From contig CAWCPV010000017.1 in NCBI GenBank assembly GCA_963797555.1, positions 85,161-149,160 of the forward strand: a stretch of 64,000 bases of DNA, written 5' to 3'. Position 1 is the stretch's first letter, and each line of letters opens with the position of its first letter. A program made the position numbers and the translations under genes. The notes below the pieces were generated by a model, which worked only from the letters and a program-made list of their open reading frames with translations, was not told where the DNA came from and did not search any database. Positions 60,278 through 64,000 of this stretch are shown piece by piece. The stretch comes from an uncultured Gammaproteobacteria bacterium. Its GTDB lineage: Bacteria > Pseudomonadota > Gammaproteobacteria > CAWCPV01.

Positions 60278-60540
60278 CGTTACCAGCATGGCCTGTCCCA
60301 TGTCTTCGGTTTCCTCCCGCGCTTCTCTCCTTGCGAGCCTGCGGCTACCGGTGGGGGGTGGAAGCGTTCATCGCCGGACTGCCCGAGAGCGCGCGGGGCG
60401 GCATAAGTGCCGTGCACTCCGCGAACAGATTTGGCGGCGTACCTTGGCCACCTGGGAACCGGCGCGGCGCCTCCCTAAACGTCGTTGTGGAAACGCCGGG
60501 ACGCGAATCTGTCCGGGGAACTGCGGCGAACACGTCTTCC

Positions 60541-60600
60541 AGGAAAGAGCGGGGTCAGGAAAGAGCGGGGTCAGGGAAAGACTGGGGTCAAGTCTTGCAA
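60541..60600 (+). repeat. Tandem GGGGTCA-containing repeats at the RAYT left end
   Basis: aggaaagagcggggtc twice, then agggaaagactggggtc-aagtcttgca. Confidence 0.8.
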
Positions 60601-60629
60601 TCCAGCATTATTGAGCTATGCTTGGGGGT

Positions 60630-61517
60630 ATGGCGAGACCCCTGCGGATTGAACTGGCCGGCGGGTTCTACCACGTCACTTCGCGCGGTGATCGGCGGGA
60701 AGCGATCTACCTCGATGACCACGACCGGGGGGAGTGGCTTGGCGTATTCGGCGAGGTCTGCGATCGATTCCATTGGCGCTGCCACGCCTATTGTGAGATG
60801 ACCAACCACTATCACGTCGTCGTGGAAACGCCGGACGCGAATCTGTCCAAGGGCATGCGGCAACTGAACGGCGTCTACACCCAACGGTTCAACCGTCGCC
60901 GCGGGCTCGCCGGACACCTCTTCCAGGGGCGGTTCAAGGCGATCCTAGTCGAACGCGACGCCTACCTGCTGGAGCTGGCACGCTATGTGGTCCTCAATCC
61001 GGTGCGCGCGGGCATGGTTCGAGATGTCTCGGCCTGGGAGTGGAGCAGCTACCAGGCAATGGTTGGTCTCGCGTCTTCTCCTCCCTGGTTAGAGACCGAC
61101 TGGGTACTCGGGCAGTTCGGCCAGGAACGCTCCCAGGCCCGAGTGCAGTACGCGGCCTTCGTCGGCGCTGGAGTGGCCGAGCCGAGCGTGTGGGAAGGGC
61201 TGCGCCACCAGATTTTCCTGGGCAGCGAGGCGTTCGCCGAGCGCTTCGCCGGCGCTGCCAAGAAACTGGAGGCACTGCGCGAAGTCCCCCGCGCGCAACG
61301 CAAACCCCTGGCCAAGCCACTCGCCGAGTTCGAGCGGGACTACGGGATTCGCCGCGAAGCCATGGCACGGGCGTTCCTCACGGGCGTTTACACCATGCAA
61401 GAGATCGCCGATCATTTCCACGTTCATTACGCGACGGTTAGCCGCGCGGTGCGTCGGCTTGAGGAGGGCTCGCGAGAGGTCCACGACATCTCCAAAACCG
61501 ACCGCGAGAATGCGTGA
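60630..61517 (+). CDS. REP-associated tyrosine transposase (second, diverged copy)
   Basis: YHVTSRG, NHYHVV, LFQGRFKAILVE, YVVLNPVRAG, WSSY and C-terminal HTH (EIADHFHVHYATVSR). Confidence 0.9.
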   Translation: MARPLRIELAGGFYHVTSRGDRREAIYLDDHDRGEWLGVFGEVCDRFHWRCHAYCEMTNHYHVVVETPDANLSKGMRQLNGVYTQRFNRRRGLAGHLFQGRFKAILVERDAYLLELARYVVLNPVRAGMVRDVSAWEWSSYQAMVGLASSPPWLETDWVLGQFGQERSQARVQYAAFVGAGVAEPSVWEGLRHQIFLGSEAFAERFAGAAKKLEALREVPRAQRKPLAKPLAEFERDYGIRREAMARAFLTGVYTMQEIADHFHVHYATVSRAVRRLEEGSREVHDISKTDRENA

Positions 61518-61690
61518 TTGCAATGCCTGACTCAAATTGGTCGCTGTCGGTGGACCATGCTTGCCGCACTCTAACTGGTCGTCGATGCGACAATCTACTT
61601 GGGAGCAAGGTCAAGGAAGTGTCCGTATCGCCATCCGATAGGTTTCCCCAGTGCCTATTTCCTGAGGAGTACCGGCTCTTGCCCATGTCG

Positions 61691-63025
61691 TTATACACAT
61701 CTCGGGCTCTGTGAGGCCCGTTGTGCGTCCATGGCGAGCACGAAGTCGCGGGTTCGCTGCAGCCCGATCCACAGGCTTTGCGGACCCGGGAAGCCGTCGC
61801 CCTTGCGATTGAGGAGGCCGCCGAAGCTCGCCACCATACGCACCATCGCATCGAGCGAGGGGGGTGTCTCAGGCGGGGGCTGGCGCTTGGTGACGATATA
61901 CACCGCGCGCCATTCCTCCTCGGCGAACACCACGTTGCAGGGCATCTGCGGGCAGTCGCGCCCGAGCAGGGTGAGGTAGAGCACCCGCCAGGCGATGATG
62001 AGGTAGAAGGCGAGCGCGGGCTCCAGGCGTTCGAGGGTCTCGAGCTGCAGCTTCTCGATGCGGCAGCCGCTTTTGAGGATCTTGAAGAACACCTCGATTT
62101 GCCACCGGCAGAGGTACCATTGGAGCTTCTCCAGGGCCTGCTCGGCGGTCTCGACGGGGAGGCTGGTGAGGAGCAGCCACTCGATGGGCTCCTCGCCCTG
62201 GGGCGGGTCCACCTCGCGGGCCAGCACGGCGCTCACCTCGATGTCCGCCAGGGTGCGGTCCGAGCGATGCGGGGCCTTGAAAGTGAGGCGTGCGACGCGC
62301 AGTTGCTGGTGGATGCGCCGCGCCGGACGCCTAGCGGTGGCGGGCAGGTCGAATTCGGCCTCGGCCAGCACCGGCGCGCTTGCGAGCCGGGCGCGCTCGG
62401 CGCGGATGAGCCACTCGGCGCAGGGCTGCGTGGCGGCGCGTTCCGCGAGCACCTCGTAGATGTCGGCCTCGCGGTCGGCGACATAGACCAACTGGGTCTC
62501 GGGCAGGGACTCGATGAGCTCCGAGACGCGTCGATAACCCTCCAGCCAGCGCAGGCTCTCTTTTTCCTCGATGGGCCGGCGGCCCTGCTCCTTGCCCAGA
62601 CTGCCCGCCTCGCGGGTCCAGCTCCATAGATCCAATAGCCCCAAGGGCACCCGCTCGGGGGTCACGGCGAGGGTGGGGTGCAGGTACAATCCACGGCGGG
62701 TCTCGTAGTTGAGCGGGCCCAGCCCGACGATGTCGTTCTTGCCGCTATAGTCCCCTTCCGTGGTGTCTTGGATGCACAGCACCACCGAGTATTCGCGCAT
62801 ACGCTGCTCGGTGCAGGCGTAATGGGGCTCGAGCACCGCCTGGGCGGTGACCTGGGGATGGTCGAACAGCCGATAAGCCGCCAAGGTCTCGGCCCAGCCG
62901 CCACAGGCGGTGGGAATGCTCTGCATGGGATGGGCTCCCAGCTTCTCCAGGGTGCGTCGCGCCCGGCGGTTGAGGCGCGCATCACCCAAGTCGATGGCGG
63001 CCAGCTCCTTGGCCAGGGCATTCAT
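61691..63025 (-). CDS. IS4-family transposase
   Basis: LGDARLNRR, IQDTTE, KESLRWL, ADREADIYE and YLCRWQIEVFFKILKSGC (YREK). Confidence 0.93.
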   Translation of the reverse strand: MNALAKELAAIDLGDARLNRRARRTLEKLGAHPMQSIPTACGGWAETLAAYRLFDHPQVTAQAVLEPHYACTEQRMREYSVVLCIQDTTEGDYSGKNDIVGLGPLNYETRRGLYLHPTLAVTPERVPLGLLDLWSWTREAGSLGKEQGRRPIEEKESLRWLEGYRRVSELIESLPETQLVYVADREADIYEVLAERAATQPCAEWLIRAERARLASAPVLAEAEFDLPATARRPARRIHQQLRVARLTFKAPHRSDRTLADIEVSAVLAREVDPPQGEEPIEWLLLTSLPVETAEQALEKLQWYLCRWQIEVFFKILKSGCRIEKLQLETLERLEPALAFYLIIAWRVLYLTLLGRDCPQMPCNVVFAEEEWRAVYIVTKRQPPPETPPSLDAMVRMVASFGGLLNRKGDGFPGPQSLWIGLQRTRDFVLAMDAQRASQSPRCV

Positions 63026-63894
63026 GCGGCTCCCCCGAGCGCCCGGCGAAAGCGGCCATCGAGCGGATACACATAGACATCCTTGATGGGCAGCGCCTCA
63101 CGGTCGAGCTTGCCCCGCCCGGTGGTCTGCCCCAGATGATGCCAGTTGGCCGCCCGGTAGCAGGTGCCCGCGAACCGGCCGGCCTCGACAAAGGTCTCCA
63201 GCAGCACCGGGCGTACCCCGTAGCGCTCTTCGAACTCGCCCGGCACCTGCCGCGCGGCCCGCCCGAGGACCTTGGAGGCCAGGTTCGCCACCCGCACCCA
63301 CGGCAGAATGAGAAACCGCGCATGGTTCAGCACCTGCCCCAGGTGCTGCGCACGGCTTGGCGCATCCCAGCCAATCCAGCGGTCGCGCACGCCCACCTTC
63401 CAGGCCGCGGCCCCGAAGCCCATGGCCCCCACCACACCCGCGTCCCAGCGAATCAGATAGCGCAGCTGGGCACCGGGCAGCGGCCGGTAGCCCAAATAAT
63501 GGTACCGGTCGATGAGCCCATTCCACAGCGCCGAGTCCGCCGGGTCAGCAACCGGCGCCAAGTGCAGACCCTGCAAATCCCGCACTGCGCCCACCACCGG
63601 TACCTCAGCGGGCCAATCTTGCGGCTCGCGCGACAGCCCCTTCCCATTGCCGTTACCGTTGCGCGGCGCCGGCAGCTCGATCCAGCCTGCCCGATGCAGC
63701 CGCAGCAGCCCGACTCGACAGCTCATCAGCTTGGGCCTACCGGCTGCATCGGTCCACCCCAGCACCCGACACACCCGCCGCGCCACCTCGGCTCGCACTC
63801 GGGGCTCCGCCAGCCGAGCCTCCCGCCGTATGCTCTCAAGCTCCCCCGCGCTCAGCACGCGCCCACCCAACCACCTCGGCAACCCCTTCTCCAT
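63022..63894 (-). CDS. DUF4338 (DruA-like) protein
   Basis: RYHYLGY, GAQLRY, RFLILPWV, NLASKVL, LETFVE and GTCYRAANW; 4-bp overlap with the transposase. Confidence 0.85.
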   Translation of the reverse strand: MEKGLPRWLGGRVLSAGELESIRREARLAEPRVRAEVARRVCRVLGWTDAAGRPKLMSCRVGLLRLHRAGWIELPAPRNGNGNGKGLSREPQDWPAEVPVVGAVRDLQGLHLAPVADPADSALWNGLIDRYHYLGYRPLPGAQLRYLIRWDAGVVGAMGFGAAAWKVGVRDRWIGWDAPSRAQHLGQVLNHARFLILPWVRVANLASKVLGRAARQVPGEFEERYGVRPVLLETFVEAGRFAGTCYRAANWHHLGQTTGRGKLDREALPIKDVYVYPLDGRFRRALGGAA

Positions 63895-64000
63895 CTGCTC
63901 CCCCTCGTCACCTGGTGAACGATGGGGGCATTGAATCAGCTTCCGGGGGCTGTGTCCAGAGGGGCAGCAGCCCTAGCTACGGGGAGATGTGTATAACGCC

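Larger units (their letters stand above)
61684..64000 (-). mobile_element. IS4-family (IS50/Tn5-like) element with two ORFs; right end cut by the window edge
   Basis: Inverted ends catgtcgttatacacatct (61684-61702) and agatgtgtataacgcc (63985-64000). Confidence 0.9.

Noticed and set aside
60541-60600. Possible CRISPR array
   Set aside because: Units are 16-17 bp and abut without spacers; no cas genes are present.
63022-63894. Druantia defence system
   Set aside because: Only DUF4338 is present, inside an IS; no DruE-like helicase or other components in the window.
61684-64000. AGATGTGTATAA as Nextera/Tn5 adapter contamination
   Set aside because: It continues CGACATG/CGCC rather than GAGACAG and forms inverted ends around an IS4 transposase, so these are natural IS ends.

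Overview
High-GC (visually about 65-70%) bacterial DNA, most consistent with a Gamma- or Betaproteobacterium; this is inferred from the gene set only. From left to right: (1) a minus-strand heavy-metal/copper cluster (TolC, MFP, CusA/CzcA-type RND, second TolC, Tat-exported multicopper oxidase, DUF2231-like protein, small Cys/His membrane ORF); (2) an acyl-CoA ligase/acetylation block (ACP and acsA divergent from a Pat-type acetyltransferase, an IS630, a long-chain acyl-CoA ligase); (3) a c-di-GMP/two-component hub (GAF-PAS-GGDEF-EAL protein, REC-HD-GYP regulator, a roughly 2000-aa hybrid kinase, a NarX/PilJ-sensor PAS kinase); (4) a complete kdpFABCDE operon with an extra small membrane ORF; (5) cimA, an AcrAB-like pump and an SDR; (6) a mosaic defence/mobile island from 53.6 to 64 kb. 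That island holds a truncated lipase-like/subtilase fusion, a truncated low-GC two-gene operon, two DUF4338-carrying IS elements and two REP-associated tyrosine transposases. The best candidate for an undescribed system lies between those two transposases: a predicted PD-(D/E)xK-like nuclease fused to HEAT repeats, translationally linked to an M.PvuII-like m4C methyltransferase. Many otherwise intact genes carry single-base frameshifts, probably long-read indel errors, so pseudogene calls are provisional. No rRNA, tRNA or CRISPR array was seen. All family assignments come from motif recognition by eye; no searches were run.
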